From Nevskiaceae bacterium (lineage in GTDB: Bacteria > Patescibacteriota > Microgenomatia > PFEM01), in NCBI GenBank assembly GCA_035527075.1, contig DATLBE010000007.1, forward strand, positions 463 to 64,462: a stretch of DNA of 64,000 nucleotides, given 5' to 3'. Of the stretch, positions 25,868 through 36,579 are shown in pieces. The notes below the pieces were generated by a model that did no database searches, was not told the DNA's origin, and saw only the letters and a list, made by a program, of their open reading frames with translations. The number at the start of each line of letters is the position of its first letter. Positions within the stretch are counted from its first letter, which is position 1. The translations under genes were made by a program, and so were the position numbers.

Positions 25868-26782
25868 ATGTCCCCTGAACGTTATACATATAGTCTCTCA
25901 ACAGCGAGTGCCTTACCTTTCTCGGCGGAAATTCTACCTGGTAGGGGTGGACTTAAAAAGGGAACAGAAATTGCAAAACTATCGGGATTTGAAGCGGTGG
26001 AAGCAGTTGGACTTAAAGGGACCAACGCTGAAAGTCTAAGAGAAATAGCGGTTCCCGTCAGAACTACTCACGTTGTTTACAATTGGAATATTCCCAACAG
26101 CCCTTTTAAGAGAGTCATTTTTGCTGGAGAAAGACATTTTAAAAAGGTAGTCTTTAGAAAAACGGATTTGTCAAAACCCACTTTTATTGATATAGCCATC
26201 TTTCCCGCTGCTTTAGAAGCTGAAAGGAATCTTCTTGAAGTAACCAAACAAGCCAATGTTCCCTTAGTTGTTCACTTCTTAGATAAATTGGCAAGATTCC
26301 ACGACCCGGAGAAAGGCATTTTTTGCCTGTTTGAACCTCAACCTTGTTTAGGCGTGAATCTGTCTCCTGATGAAATCTTAGCCAAGATTCAAGAAAAAAG
26401 AGCTGGACTTTGCCTAGATACAAAACACATAAGAGACAAACCTCTTGTTGGTAAAAAATCAAACCTTGAACCATGGCCAGAATCCCTGGAGAAATTATTA
26501 CCTCACGCCCGAAATATGCATATTCAACCTCTTTCTCCTCAAGAATTAAAAGAAATGCTTGCACCTTATCAATACACTACTGGCCATCGCCAAGCAGCTG
26601 AACTAACTGATATGCTGGTTTTAATAAAAGAAGTCTATCCAGGGGAGCTTTTGACATTCGAAATTAATCCTCTTGAATTGGCAAGAGTCACTTCTCCCCG
26701 TGTTTTGGTTGATCCAGAATTATTGGTCGAAAACCTTCGGAGGGTTCGGGATTTTGTGAAAGAAGCCTTGGCTAAAGTCTAA
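25868..26782 (+). CDS. Xylose-isomerase-like TIM barrel hypothetical protein
   Basis: GFEAVE, CLDTKH, MHIQ, TFEI metal-ligand pattern. Confidence 0.55.
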   Translation: MSPERYTYSLSTASALPFSAEILPGRGGLKKGTEIAKLSGFEAVEAVGLKGTNAESLREIAVPVRTTHVVYNWNIPNSPFKRVIFAGERHFKKVVFRKTDLSKPTFIDIAIFPAALEAERNLLEVTKQANVPLVVHFLDKLARFHDPEKGIFCLFEPQPCLGVNLSPDEILAKIQEKRAGLCLDTKHIRDKPLVGKKSNLEPWPESLEKLLPHARNMHIQPLSPQELKEMLAPYQYTTGHRQAAELTDMLVLIKEVYPGELLTFEINPLELARVTSPRVLVDPELLVENLRRVRDFVKEALAKV

Positions 26783-26786
26783 TTTT

Positions 26787-27971
26787 TTACTTCCCCTGCC
26801 TTAAAAAGGCGGGGATGTCGAATTCTTCGCCGAATTCGTCCGGGGAAATCTCTTTTGGTTTTTTGGGCTCTTCTTTTTTCTCTGCCTTTTTTTCACTCTC
26901 CTTCAAATCCGCTGACTGGATGGCGAAGGGGGCTTCTGGCTTCTCACCTAAAATTCCTTCGGGTACTTCTGGTGGCCTGACAGGCCTGGCGACCATTTTT
27001 GCCAATCGACTTCGAGTTTCATCAAATCCGGTGGCGATGACAATGATTTTTACCTGGTCAATCATCCCCTCATCAATGATGGCCCCAAATCTAATGTTGG
27101 CATCAGCATCCGCTACTTGGCTGATTTCTTGAGCTGCTTCATTGACCTCAGTCATAGTTAAATCTGGACCGCCAATAATGTTGAAAAGAATCCCTTTAGC
27201 GCCTTCAATTGAAACATCCAATAAAGGCGAAGAAATGGCGGCTCTGGCCGCTGCTTGAGCCTTTTTTTCACCAACACCAGTGCCGATCCCGAGCAAAGAA
27301 CTTCCGGCATTGCTCATAATGGACCGGACATCAGCAAAATCAACGTTAATCAACCCAGGTGCGGTAATAATATCAGAAATGCCTTGGACAGCTTGGCCCA
27401 AAACCCCATCAATAACTTTAAAAGCTTCAACCAAAGTCATTTTTTGATCAATTACTTCCATAATACGTTGATTAGGGATGACGATTAAGGTATCAACTTT
27501 CTCTTTAAGTTTTTCGATGCCTTCTTCGGCGATAACCATTCTTCGGGTTCCCTCAAAGACAAATGGCTTGGTCACCACCGCAATACTTAAGGTACCGTTT
27601 TCTTTAGCTAATTCAGCGATTACCGGCATTCCTCCAGTGCCTGTGCCTCCACCCATACCACCTGCCATAAAAAGCATGTCCGTGTCCACCAAATACTCTT
27701 TTATTTTCTCCCGGGATTCTTCAGCCGCTTTAAAACCAATTTCCGGATCTCCACCTGATCCCAACCCTCGAGTTAAATTTTCACCGATTTGAATTTTAGT
27801 TGAGGCTTTATTGGCTAAAAGTGCCTGAACATCGGTATTGACAGCCACAAACTCCACTTCCTTGATTTGTTCATCCTCAATCATGGAGTTAATGGCATTA
27901 CCGCCACCACCACCGACTCCGAAAACTTTAATTTTAGCAAAACTGGCAGCGTCTGGTTTAACAAAAGCCAT
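26787..27971 (-). CDS. ftsZ: Cell division protein FtsZ
   Basis: GGGTGTG motif, C-terminal DIPAFLR. Confidence 0.99.
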   Translation of the reverse strand: MAFVKPDAASFAKIKVFGVGGGGGNAINSMIEDEQIKEVEFVAVNTDVQALLANKASTKIQIGENLTRGLGSGGDPEIGFKAAEESREKIKEYLVDTDMLFMAGGMGGGTGTGGMPVIAELAKENGTLSIAVVTKPFVFEGTRRMVIAEEGIEKLKEKVDTLIVIPNQRIMEVIDQKMTLVEAFKVIDGVLGQAVQGISDIITAPGLINVDFADVRSIMSNAGSSLLGIGTGVGEKKAQAAARAAISSPLLDVSIEGAKGILFNIIGGPDLTMTEVNEAAQEISQVADADANIRFGAIIDEGMIDQVKIIVIATGFDETRSRLAKMVARPVRPPEVPEGILGEKPEAPFAIQSADLKESEKKAEKKEEPKKPKEISPDEFGEEFDIPAFLRQGK

Positions 27972-28012
27972 ATCTTTTTGGGCAGGAAAAGCAGAAGTTT
28001 GTAATTAGTATA

Positions 28013-29356
28013 CTACGGCAGAAAAGACTTTATCAAATTCAAAGCCTTGCCGGCAATTCCTTTAACTGGTAATTTTTGAAACTTCTTGCTGATTCGGCTA
28101 AAGGAAAAGCTTACACCAGGTTTTAAATCTGCTCTCGCCCCATACAAAACTAGACCCGTTGCTGTAGCAAAATCGGAAGTTAAAATATCATCAACCAAAC
28201 CGTTAAGCCGTTGAGGTTGACCAATCCTAACCGGCATGGCCAAAATTCTTTTGGCCGCATCAACCACACCCACTGTCTGAGCACCGCCGCCGCAAACAAC
28301 AATTCCGGCTGGCGTTAGCCCACCAGCATTGCTTTTTTTAATCTCCATACCCACCATTGTAAAAATTTCGTTCAATCTCGGTTTAATAATTCCCTCAGTC
28401 AAAGTTTTCCGAGAGACAGTTCGAGCCTCCTCAGTGATGCCTAATTTGGCCAAATCAATTTCATCTTCATCTTTTTCCTCATCTTTTTCCTGTTTCTTTT
28501 CTTCCTTCTTTATCTCCGTCAATTGTTCAGCTCCCAGATTGGGCAAAGTCGGTCTTTTTGCCTTAGTCGAAAGAACGATTTTTATTTTCTCGGCTACCTG
28601 CAAAGATGAAAGGCGCAAACCAATGGCTAAATCATTGGTAACGTTTTTAGCCCCAATTGGCAGGACTGAGGTATAAAAAACAGCTCCTTCAACATAAACC
28701 ACAATATTGGTTGTACCACCACCAATATCCACCAAAACCACTCCTAGTTCCTTTTCTGTGTCTGATAAAACACTTTCCGCTGAAGCTAAACCGCCCGCCA
28801 CCAAATCTTGAACATCCACTCCCATTTCCGAAACGCACTTGGTCAAATTTCTGATGGAGGTAGTCGAACCAGTAATAATGTGGGTTTCAATCTCCAACCT
28901 GACGCCGGACATGCCCATCGGATCTTTGATTCCTTCTTGGCCATCGGCAGTATAATAGCGAGGCAAAACATGAATGATTTCTCGAGAAGAGGGCAAAGAA
29001 ACTGCCTGGGCAGCATCAATCACCCTTTTTACATCTTCCTGGGTAATTTCACCCTCTGGTTCAGCTACAGCCACCACCCCTTTAGAGTTTTGGGAATTAA
29101 TATGGGCACCATTGACAGCAACAAAAGCTCGGTTGAGGTTATAGCCAGCCATTCTTTCAGCGGCTTCAACTGATTGAACAACAGTTTCACTGGCTTCTTC
29201 AATATCGACAATTTGGCCTTTGCGGATGCCTTGGGAAGGAATACTGGCCACGCCAATTACTTTTGGCTTTTCTCCCTCCTCACCTAAAGAAGCAATCAGA
29301 GTGGTAGTTTTGGACGAACCAATGTCAATGCCGGCAATAATTTTTTGTTTACTCAT
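28013..29356 (-). CDS. ftsA: Cell division protein FtsA
   Basis: GIDIGSSK, VDIGGGTT; start set at MSKQK (ATG 29356). Confidence 0.97.
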   Translation of the reverse strand: MSKQKIIAGIDIGSSKTTTLIASLGEEGEKPKVIGVASIPSQGIRKGQIVDIEEASETVVQSVEAAERMAGYNLNRAFVAVNGAHINSQNSKGVVAVAEPEGEITQEDVKRVIDAAQAVSLPSSREIIHVLPRYYTADGQEGIKDPMGMSGVRLEIETHIITGSTTSIRNLTKCVSEMGVDVQDLVAGGLASAESVLSDTEKELGVVLVDIGGGTTNIVVYVEGAVFYTSVLPIGAKNVTNDLAIGLRLSSLQVAEKIKIVLSTKAKRPTLPNLGAEQLTEIKKEEKKQEKDEEKDEDEIDLAKLGITEEARTVSRKTLTEGIIKPRLNEIFTMVGMEIKKSNAGGLTPAGIVVCGGGAQTVGVVDAAKRILAMPVRIGQPQRLNGLVDDILTSDFATATGLVLYGARADLKPGVSFSFSRISKKFQKLPVKGIAGKALNLIKSFLP

Positions 29357-30071
29357 AAATGACGACTGGCTTATCAAACCGTAAGTCAATCTGCTTAAGG
29401 TTTCTGCCTTCTATTTTAGACCGAGAAAAAATCAATTGTAAAGAGTCAAGTTGAAAATTAACTTCTTTAAGGCTTGAAAAAATCACCAAAAGCCCATCAC
29501 TCAACTCAATTTCAATCTGGCGTGGAGAAACAATTTTGGCTGTTTTGGGCATCAACAAGCGAAATTTTAAACTTTTTAAAAGATTAATTGTCCAAACAGC
29601 TTCTTTTTCAATTTTCTCACCAACATTAAGATTAATTGGCTGCTCTACTAAAATCACTGGTAACTCAATTTCATTTGCTTTTTCTAATAAAAAGCCTTCT
29701 TCATCAACAATCCAAAAACCTTCTTCTGGGCTTTTTAGCGCTGCTTGTGGTTCCCGTTTTTTAAGTTCAAAAGAAAGATGGTTGGGCAAACTTTTTTTAA
29801 TTTTGACTTCTTTTAAAAGAGGGTGGCTTGCTTTAATTTGACTCACTAAATCTTTGGTAGGAAAAAAAACAATGTTTTTTCCTATTGTCAAACTCATCAA
29901 CTCCATCCAAATTTCTCCCGGACAAGCGGTTTGGTTGAATCGACAATCAATCTTTTTAACAACTAAAGCGGTTTTTACAAAAACAACCAAACCAACAATT
30001 GAAACAATTAAAATGACAAAAATAGAAATTTTTTTTAAAAGACTTAAAACAGTTTTTTTCTTTTTTCTCAC
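29349..30071 (-). CDS. ftsQ: FtsQ/DivIB-like protein
   Basis: TM + POTRA-like region, C-terminal IDLRFDKPVV, position upstream of ftsA. Confidence 0.8.
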   Translation of the reverse strand: MRKKKKTVLSLLKKISIFVILIVSIVGLVVFVKTALVVKKIDCRFNQTACPGEIWMELMSLTIGKNIVFFPTKDLVSQIKASHPLLKEVKIKKSLPNHLSFELKKREPQAALKSPEEGFWIVDEEGFLLEKANEIELPVILVEQPINLNVGEKIEKEAVWTINLLKSLKFRLLMPKTAKIVSPRQIEIELSDGLLVIFSSLKEVNFQLDSLQLIFSRSKIEGRNLKQIDLRFDKPVVIYE

Positions 30072-31195
30072 TGGGCAGTTTTTTCAACCAAATCAGCAAT
30101 TTTTTGAGCGGCGTTTAGCTTAACTAATTTTTTCGCTTTGGCACCATTTTTTTGATAATTAGTAAGATTTTTCATCATCTCTACAATCACCTTTAAAAGG
30201 CTTCCACTAGACAATTCTTTTTGAGGTAAAATCTTAGCCAAACCTACCCCTTCAACCATTTGAGCGTTTTTCATTTGTTCATTTTGATAAAGCCAAGGCA
30301 AAGGAATCAAGAGAACCGGTTTTCCTAATGCAATAAGTTCGGTAATCGTATTGGCGCCGGCTCGGGAAACCACCAAATCAGCTTTATTTAAAACGGTACC
30401 CATCTCAACGCTGCTTAAATATTTTTTGACATGATAGCGTTTTTTCAACCTTGGCGGTAATTTATCTCTTATTTCTTCAAGCCTTTCAAAATCGCCCAAT
30501 GCATTCAGGTGGCCGCATTGGTGAAAAACATTAACCTTTTCAACCAATTGAGGCAAAACCAGCTGAACAGTTTGATTAATCGTGTGTGAACCTTGGTTAC
30601 CACCAGTAATAAAAACAAGTGGTAAATTCCTCTCAAAATTCAAAACTTGCCAAATTTGCTCATTAATTTCAAAAATCTCTTTTCTAATAGGGTTACCAGT
30701 CAAAATAACTTTATTATCAGGTAATTTTGCGATTGTCTGAGGCCAAGAAACAGCCACTTTTTTAGCAAAAAAGGCATTGATTCTGGTGGCCAAACCAAAA
30801 ACTGTTGTCTGTTCATGAGTCACAACAGGAATCCGCAATAACCAACCAGCTAACACCACGGGGACGCTAACATAACCACCAAAAGACAAAATAATGTCAG
30901 GTTTAATCCGTAAAAGCCAGAAAAAAGATTGAAAAAAACCAACCGGAATTTTTAAAATTGCCGGAATGGTGTAGCGGGTAAAGCGGCGTTGCACTCTGCC
31001 AGCTTTTATCGGGATAAAAGGCAAGTCTTTTTCAGCCATCACCTGAAATTCAACTGAAGGTGTTTTATCACCCTCCATGGCAAATTTTCGGCCAAAAAAG
31101 AAAATCTGCCAACCGCCTCGGTCCAAAAGTTCATCAATCACCGCCAATGCCGGCGTCAAATGCCCACCAGTAACCACAACTTTCTTTTTCTTCAT
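30068..31195 (-). CDS. murG: MurG GlcNAc transferase
   Basis: TGGHLTP, GGYVS, HEQ, TGNPIR, GGNQG, SRAGA. Confidence 0.95.
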   Translation of the reverse strand: MKKKKVVVTGGHLTPALAVIDELLDRGGWQIFFFGRKFAMEGDKTPSVEFQVMAEKDLPFIPIKAGRVQRRFTRYTIPAILKIPVGFFQSFFWLLRIKPDIILSFGGYVSVPVVLAGWLLRIPVVTHEQTTVFGLATRINAFFAKKVAVSWPQTIAKLPDNKVILTGNPIRKEIFEINEQIWQVLNFERNLPLVFITGGNQGSHTINQTVQLVLPQLVEKVNVFHQCGHLNALGDFERLEEIRDKLPPRLKKRYHVKKYLSSVEMGTVLNKADLVVSRAGANTITELIALGKPVLLIPLPWLYQNEQMKNAQMVEGVGLAKILPQKELSSGSLLKVIVEMMKNLTNYQKNGAKAKKLVKLNAAQKIADLVEKTAQ

Positions 31196-31281
31196 TTTGT
31201 TTTATCTATTATACATCGCCAGGGTTGTAAGTGGCCAGAAAAATTGTTAATCTATGACTCACTTTGATATAATTCAAACCA

Positions 31282-31512
31282 ATGACAGCTATAGAAAGAA
31301 AAGGAAACCAAAACTCCCCAAGCCCATCAAAAAGAATGACTGAGTCTTGGCAGATGATGGTCGAGAGCGACGAAGTCCAAATTTACATGAAGATGGGTCA
31401 GAAAAGTATAGAAAAATGCAGTCAAGAAGCATATTCCAAAGGCTGCTTCCACACATGCTATTACCTTCTAGCTCTTGAAGATTACTTAAAGTTTATAGGA
31501 GTACTTCAGTGA
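31282..31512 (+). CDS. Hypothetical protein
   Basis: 76 aa; -10 box TATAAT 8 nt upstream; overlaps next start (GTGA). Confidence 0.5.
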   Translation: MTAIERKGNQNSPSPSKRMTESWQMMVESDEVQIYMKMGQKSIEKCSQEAYSKGCFHTCYYLLALEDYLKFIGVLQ

Positions 31513-31853
31513 AGCAACAATACATAGGTGTTATTTTTACCAAACATGTCATCAATCGGCTTTATAATCAGGGCATTAGCCAGTCTGATGCTTGGCAGAC
31601 TTTTCAACATCCAGACAACAGTCTGCCTGGAAAAACGCCGGGTTCGCGAAAATTTTACAAGAACTTTGGTGACAAAAGAATCGAAATCGTGGCTAAAAAA
31701 AATGAAAAAGGCGAGTGGGTGATTCTCACTGGATGGATAAAATATCCGGGTAGTGGTCAACCTTCTGCTGCTTCAGATGAACCTTTTCTCCAAGGGGTTG
31801 TTGGTAAACTTGTAGAAAAAGGTTTAAACAAACTCAAAAAAACTACTTTTTAA
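31509..31853 (+). CDS. DUF4258-like small protein (possible RelE/BrnT-like fold)
   Basis: IFTKHVINRL..GIS, WVILTGW pattern. Confidence 0.6.
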   Translation: MKQQYIGVIFTKHVINRLYNQGISQSDAWQTFQHPDNSLPGKTPGSRKFYKNFGDKRIEIVAKKNEKGEWVILTGWIKYPGSGQPSAASDEPFLQGVVGKLVEKGLNKLKKTTF

Positions 31854-32949
31854 CCACTCTGTGTTTGGAGATGTTAATCATCACACCGGCACCGACTAAG
31901 GCCAAAACCAAAGACGAACCACCATAGGAAATGAAAGGCAAAGGAATGCCGGTTAAAGGGACTAAAGCCACCATAGCGGCGAGATTAATTAAAGCCTGTA
32001 AACCAATCCAAGCAGTGACACCGACAACCAGAAGTTGGCTAAATTCGTCAGGAGATTGTTTGGCAAGTTTAAAACCGCGCCAAATAAAAAGCAAAAAGAC
32101 CAGCAAAACTAAAACCCCACCAATAAAACCGGTTTCTTCGGCAATGACCGCAAAAATCGAATCAGTTGTCACTTCAGGCAAATATTCATATTTTTGTCTT
32201 GACTGGCCAAGCCCCAAACCAAAAAGGCCACCAGAACCTAAAGCAATCAAGACTTGGCGAATATGATAAGAAGCACCAAGTGGGTCATGGGTGGGATTCA
32301 AAAAAGTCAAAATCCGCTGGCGTCTATAAGGCGAAGAAAAAATTAAACCTGCACCTCCAACCAAACCGAGAATACCAATTAGGGCGATTTGCCAAACAGA
32401 CGCACCAGAAACAAAGTAAACCAAAACTCCTATCGCCACCACAATCACCGTCGTCCCCAAATCAGGCTCAAACATAATCAAACCAACCAAAACCGCAATT
32501 AAAACCAAAAAAGGCAAAAACTTTTTCTTATTACTTAAAAAAGCAGCCAAATAAACAATTAAAGCAAATTTGGCAAACTCAGCCGGTTGAAAACTAAAAC
32601 CCCCAAAACCAAGCCAGCGTCGGGCACCTAAAGCTTTTGTTCCTACTCCTGGAATTAAAACCAAAATTAAAAAGATAATGGCTAAAATCATCAGCGGTGC
32701 AGCTAACTTTCTTAAAAAACGATAATTAAAAAAACTGGCCAACCCAAAAGCCAGAAAGCCTAATCCAGCCCATTGAGCCTGAAGTTTAAAATAATAAAAT
32801 TTGTCGCCAAAATCACGGTAAGCTTCAACCACCGAAGCATTACCAACCATAATCACGCCAAAAATGGTCAAGAGAATAACCAGAGTCACCAGAATTAAGT
32901 CAGGTTTATTTGAGGCGTTTTTAAGAGTCAGTTTTAAGTGCTTTGACAT
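31843..32949 (-). CDS. ftsW: Cell division SEDS protein FtsW
   Basis: FQPAEFAK, EPDLGT, SRQKYEYLPE, GIPLPFISYGGSS; dcw position. Confidence 0.95.
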   Translation of the reverse strand: MSKHLKLTLKNASNKPDLILVTLVILLTIFGVIMVGNASVVEAYRDFGDKFYYFKLQAQWAGLGFLAFGLASFFNYRFLRKLAAPLMILAIIFLILVLIPGVGTKALGARRWLGFGGFSFQPAEFAKFALIVYLAAFLSNKKKFLPFLVLIAVLVGLIMFEPDLGTTVIVVAIGVLVYFVSGASVWQIALIGILGLVGGAGLIFSSPYRRQRILTFLNPTHDPLGASYHIRQVLIALGSGGLFGLGLGQSRQKYEYLPEVTTDSIFAVIAEETGFIGGVLVLLVFLLFIWRGFKLAKQSPDEFSQLLVVGVTAWIGLQALINLAAMVALVPLTGIPLPFISYGGSSLVLALVGAGVMINISKHRVVKK

Positions 32950-34279
32950 GAGTTTTAAATTGTTTACCTCTTACTTTGTAATTGGCAAACATGTCAAATG
33001 AGGCGCAAGCTGGAGACAGTAAAACGATATCGCCAGGCTTGGCTTTTTTAAAAGCAGCCTTGACAATCTCCCTCATCCCGCCGGGTCTAAAGATAATCTC
33101 GCCTTTAAAGCCAGCTTTATTAACCGCTTTTTTAATCCGAGTGGCCATTTGGCCAATAAGAATAAGGGTTTTCACTGAGCTTTGGGCAATTTCTCGCCCG
33201 AGATTCGTATAATCAGAGCCTTTTTCAGAACCACCGGCAATTAAGATAATCGGCTTTTCAAAAGCTTTGATAGCTGCCATGGCTGTCTCAGGCGTAGTCG
33301 AGAATGAATCATTGTAAAAACTGACGCCCTTTAAAACTTTGACCTTTTCCAACCGGTGTTCTAAACCAGAAAAAGAAAAGACTGCCTTTTTAATTGAAGC
33401 CAAATCAGCTCCTGTTAAAGCGCTAGCGGTAATCGCTGCACAAACGTTATCCCAATTATGGGCGCCACGAAGCTGAAGTTTTTTTACCGAACCAATAATT
33501 TTTCCATTAAGTATAAAAGTTTCATTCTGAACATAGGCGCCATTGACTTTTTTTTGTCGACTAAAGTAATAAACTTTAGCTTGGGTCAACGAAGCAAAAG
33601 AGGAAGAGATAGGATTATCGCCGTTCAAAACGCTCAAATCACTCCCCTTTTGGTGTCGCAAAATGTTTGACTTCGCCTGAATATATTCTTTTTCATCTTG
33701 ATGATAATCGAGATGTTCAGGAACAATAAACAAAACCACGGCAATGTGAGGGCTTCTGGTTAAATCTTGAAGTTGAAAACTGGAAAGCTCTAATACCACC
33801 CAGCTATCTTTAGTTAATTTTGGCAACAAAGCCAACATTGGCTGACCAATATTGCCAGCTAAGAAAACTTTTTTGCCTGATTTTTTCAGTATCCGGTAAA
33901 TTAAAGTCGCCGTTGTCCCCTTGCCTTTAGTACCAGTCACGCCGATGATTCTGGCAGGACAAAGGTCAAAAAATAATTTGGTGGCGCTTAAAATTACGGC
34001 GCCTTTTTTTTCGGCTTGAAGAATTTCTAGCATCAACCGTCGAAAAGCTGGCGAACGGAAGATAATCTCAAACCCTTCCAATCCCCTACCCAAGTAATTC
34101 TTCTCTAACCTAAATTCAACCCCTTGCTTTTTAAAGTTTTTATAAGCCTCACCCAATTCGCTGGCACTTTTTTGATCAAAAACCGTAATTTTTACCTTTT
34201 TTTTCAAAAGATACTGACTTACATCTTGCCCCTCAATCCCCAACCCCAAAATCGCTATTTTTTTATTGGAAAATTTCAT
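32921..34279 (-). CDS. murD: UDP-MurNAc-L-Ala-D-Glu ligase
   Basis: GVTGTKGKGTT, ELSSFQL, LEHRLE, SPACASFD. Confidence 0.97.
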   Translation of the reverse strand: MKFSNKKIAILGLGIEGQDVSQYLLKKKVKITVFDQKSASELGEAYKNFKKQGVEFRLEKNYLGRGLEGFEIIFRSPAFRRLMLEILQAEKKGAVILSATKLFFDLCPARIIGVTGTKGKGTTATLIYRILKKSGKKVFLAGNIGQPMLALLPKLTKDSWVVLELSSFQLQDLTRSPHIAVVLFIVPEHLDYHQDEKEYIQAKSNILRHQKGSDLSVLNGDNPISSSFASLTQAKVYYFSRQKKVNGAYVQNETFILNGKIIGSVKKLQLRGAHNWDNVCAAITASALTGADLASIKKAVFSFSGLEHRLEKVKVLKGVSFYNDSFSTTPETAMAAIKAFEKPIILIAGGSEKGSDYTNLGREIAQSSVKTLILIGQMATRIKKAVNKAGFKGEIIFRPGGMREIVKAAFKKAKPGDIVLLSPACASFDMFANYKVRGKQFKTHVKALKTDS

Positions 34280-35311
34280 TTAAATCACGGCCAGCCAGAG
34301 GCCAAAAAGAGCAAGCATTAAACCGGCTAGCCAAGCACGCATAACAATTTTTGGCTCTTCCCAACCTCGATTTTGAAGCCAAAGATGAAACGGAGCGACA
34401 GTAAAAGTCCTTTTTTTTAAAAACTTTTTAGAAAGAATCTGGATTAAACTGGTACCTCCTTCAAAAATAATCACTCCGCCAATCACCAACAAAGCCATAA
34501 TTTTACCCAAAAGTAAACCAACCACGGCCAAAGTGGCACCAAAAGACAAAGCGCCCACATCACCCATCCAGATTCGAGCGGGGTAGACATTAAAGTATAA
34601 AAAGGCAATCAAGCTACCAATCCATAAAGCCAGAAAAACCGACAAAGTCGTGTCTAAAATCGAACTTGAGAGAATCCAGAAGGCAAAAAGACAAATCATC
34701 AATAAACCGGCTGATAAACCATCAAGGCCATCAGTAATATTAAAAGCATTGGCAAAAGCGACAATGATAAAAGCGGCGAAAGGAATGTACCATGCTCCTA
34801 ATTGAACCACACCCAAAAAAGGAATATTAACAAAATTTATTCCCAAATTTTGATACAAAAGAACAGCAATGATAAAAGCTAAAATCCATTGAATGATAAA
34901 TTTGTGCCGCAATCTTAAACCAAAAAAACCTGTTCTTTTAAATCCGAAAAACTTCATAATGTCATCGTAAAGCCCCAACATACCAAAAGATAAAAAGGAA
35001 AAAAACAAAACATTTAACTCATCTTTAATCGGATAAACAGCCGTTACGTAAACACCCAAGAAATCAACTAAAGGAAGTAGAACCGCGTATAAGAGAGCGG
35101 TAATAACGATAATTAACAAACCGCCCCCCACCGGAGTACCGGCTTTGTGTTTATGAAACCGGTCAAAAATTTTTGTTTTTAAACCCAAAAAATCACGGGT
35201 GGTTTGTTGCTGGCGAAGAAAACGAAGTTTGTATAAAAGATTAATAAAAGGAACAACTAAAACACTGGTGACGATAAAAGAAAAAATTAAAAGGCCTAAA
35301 CATAAAACCAT
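34280..35311 (-). CDS. mraY: Phospho-MurNAc-pentapeptide transferase
   Basis: GTPVGGG, NITDGLDGL, MGDVG, APFHL. Confidence 0.95.
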   Translation of the reverse strand: MVLCLGLLIFSFIVTSVLVVPFINLLYKLRFLRQQQTTRDFLGLKTKIFDRFHKHKAGTPVGGGLLIIVITALLYAVLLPLVDFLGVYVTAVYPIKDELNVLFFSFLSFGMLGLYDDIMKFFGFKRTGFFGLRLRHKFIIQWILAFIIAVLLYQNLGINFVNIPFLGVVQLGAWYIPFAAFIIVAFANAFNITDGLDGLSAGLLMICLFAFWILSSSILDTTLSVFLALWIGSLIAFLYFNVYPARIWMGDVGALSFGATLAVVGLLLGKIMALLVIGGVIIFEGGTSLIQILSKKFLKKRTFTVAPFHLWLQNRGWEEPKIVMRAWLAGLMLALFGLWLAVI

Positions 35312-35331
35312 ACACTAAAGATATTAAGCAA

Positions 35332-36570
35332 TTAAGACTTTTTTTGCAACTCAGGGCAAGCAGGACATTGTTGATAAAAGTGACAACCGGTTCGCTTGCA
35401 ACCGACCTTTTTTCCTGCCAATATCAGCAAAACCCGTTCCATGTGTTTTAACAAAGAGCCCTTAAGATAAAGCAAATCGCTTTTTTTAAGTAATTTTTTC
35501 AAGACAGTGGCGACTTCACTGACATTTTTAACCCAAAAAACCCGATTTTTTTCCATACCGCTTTCGACTGCCTGTTGAGCCGTAAATTTCTGTAAAGGAC
35601 CTACAGAAACTAAATAATCAATCTTCAAATTCGCTACCTTTTTTCCCACTGCTTGATGGCTTTTTTTGGCCAAAACGCCCAGTTCGCCCATTTCACCCAA
35701 AACTGCAATGCGGCGCCCCGCCGGCTGGCGGGGCAGGTCAGCCAAAACTTCAAGCCCGGCCATGGTTGAAGCAGGATTGGCTCGCAAGGCATCATTAATT
35801 AAAACCGAGCCCAAAGGTCCTTCTTCAATGCTCAAGCGGCCTTTTAAAGGCTTAAGTTTTGCCAACCCCGTTTTGATTTCTTGCCAACTTAAACCTTCAA
35901 TTACTCCCACCGCAGCCGCCACCAGGCAAGCATAAACAAAATGCTGGCCAATCAAACCAGTTTCAATTTTAAATTCTTTATCGTGATGATGAAGACTAAA
36001 ACTGGTCCCTCTAAAATCAACTTTTATTTTGTCAGCCCAAAAATCGGCTTTTAGTAAACTTCCATACCAATAAATTTTGGCTTTGGTTTTTTTAGCCATT
36101 GGCTGAACGTTTTTGTCATCCCAATTCAAAATCGCCCAGCCATCATCGGGCAACGCCTGAAGAAGTTTAGTTTTTTCTTTAATTACGCCTTTAATGGAGC
36201 CTAAAAGCTCAGGGGCAGAATGAGTCGGATTAATACCAGTCACAACAGCAATTGAAGGTTTGACTAGGCTAAGATGAAAATCCATCTCGTTTGTGTGATC
36301 AACCCCATATTCCAAAACCAGTTTTTGATACCAAGGCCGAAGTTTTAAAAGGGTTATTGGCAGATTGTAAATGGTATCCAAATTTAAATCGGTTTGTAAG
36401 GTTTTGAATTTTTCTGAAAGAACTGTGGCAATTGCCCGTGTCGTATTGGTCTTTCCATAACTGCCGGTAACACCAACTATTGTTACTTGGGGATTTAATT
36501 TAAGCCAAATCTTGGCTAACACCCTTCTTGTCTGATGAAGAGATTTTTTCCACTTTACGGTCTCCGCCAT
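35332..36570 (-). CDS. murF: UDP-MurNAc-tripeptide:D-Ala-D-Ala ligase
   Basis: GVTGSYGKT, ANPAS, VLGEMGELG, KGS. Confidence 0.92.
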   Translation of the reverse strand: MAETVKWKKSLHQTRRVLAKIWLKLNPQVTIVGVTGSYGKTNTTRAIATVLSEKFKTLQTDLNLDTIYNLPITLLKLRPWYQKLVLEYGVDHTNEMDFHLSLVKPSIAVVTGINPTHSAPELLGSIKGVIKEKTKLLQALPDDGWAILNWDDKNVQPMAKKTKAKIYWYGSLLKADFWADKIKVDFRGTSFSLHHHDKEFKIETGLIGQHFVYACLVAAAVGVIEGLSWQEIKTGLAKLKPLKGRLSIEEGPLGSVLINDALRANPASTMAGLEVLADLPRQPAGRRIAVLGEMGELGVLAKKSHQAVGKKVANLKIDYLVSVGPLQKFTAQQAVESGMEKNRVFWVKNVSEVATVLKKLLKKSDLLYLKGSLLKHMERVLLILAGKKVGCKRTGCHFYQQCPACPELQKKS

Positions 36571-36579
36571 ACCCTAATT

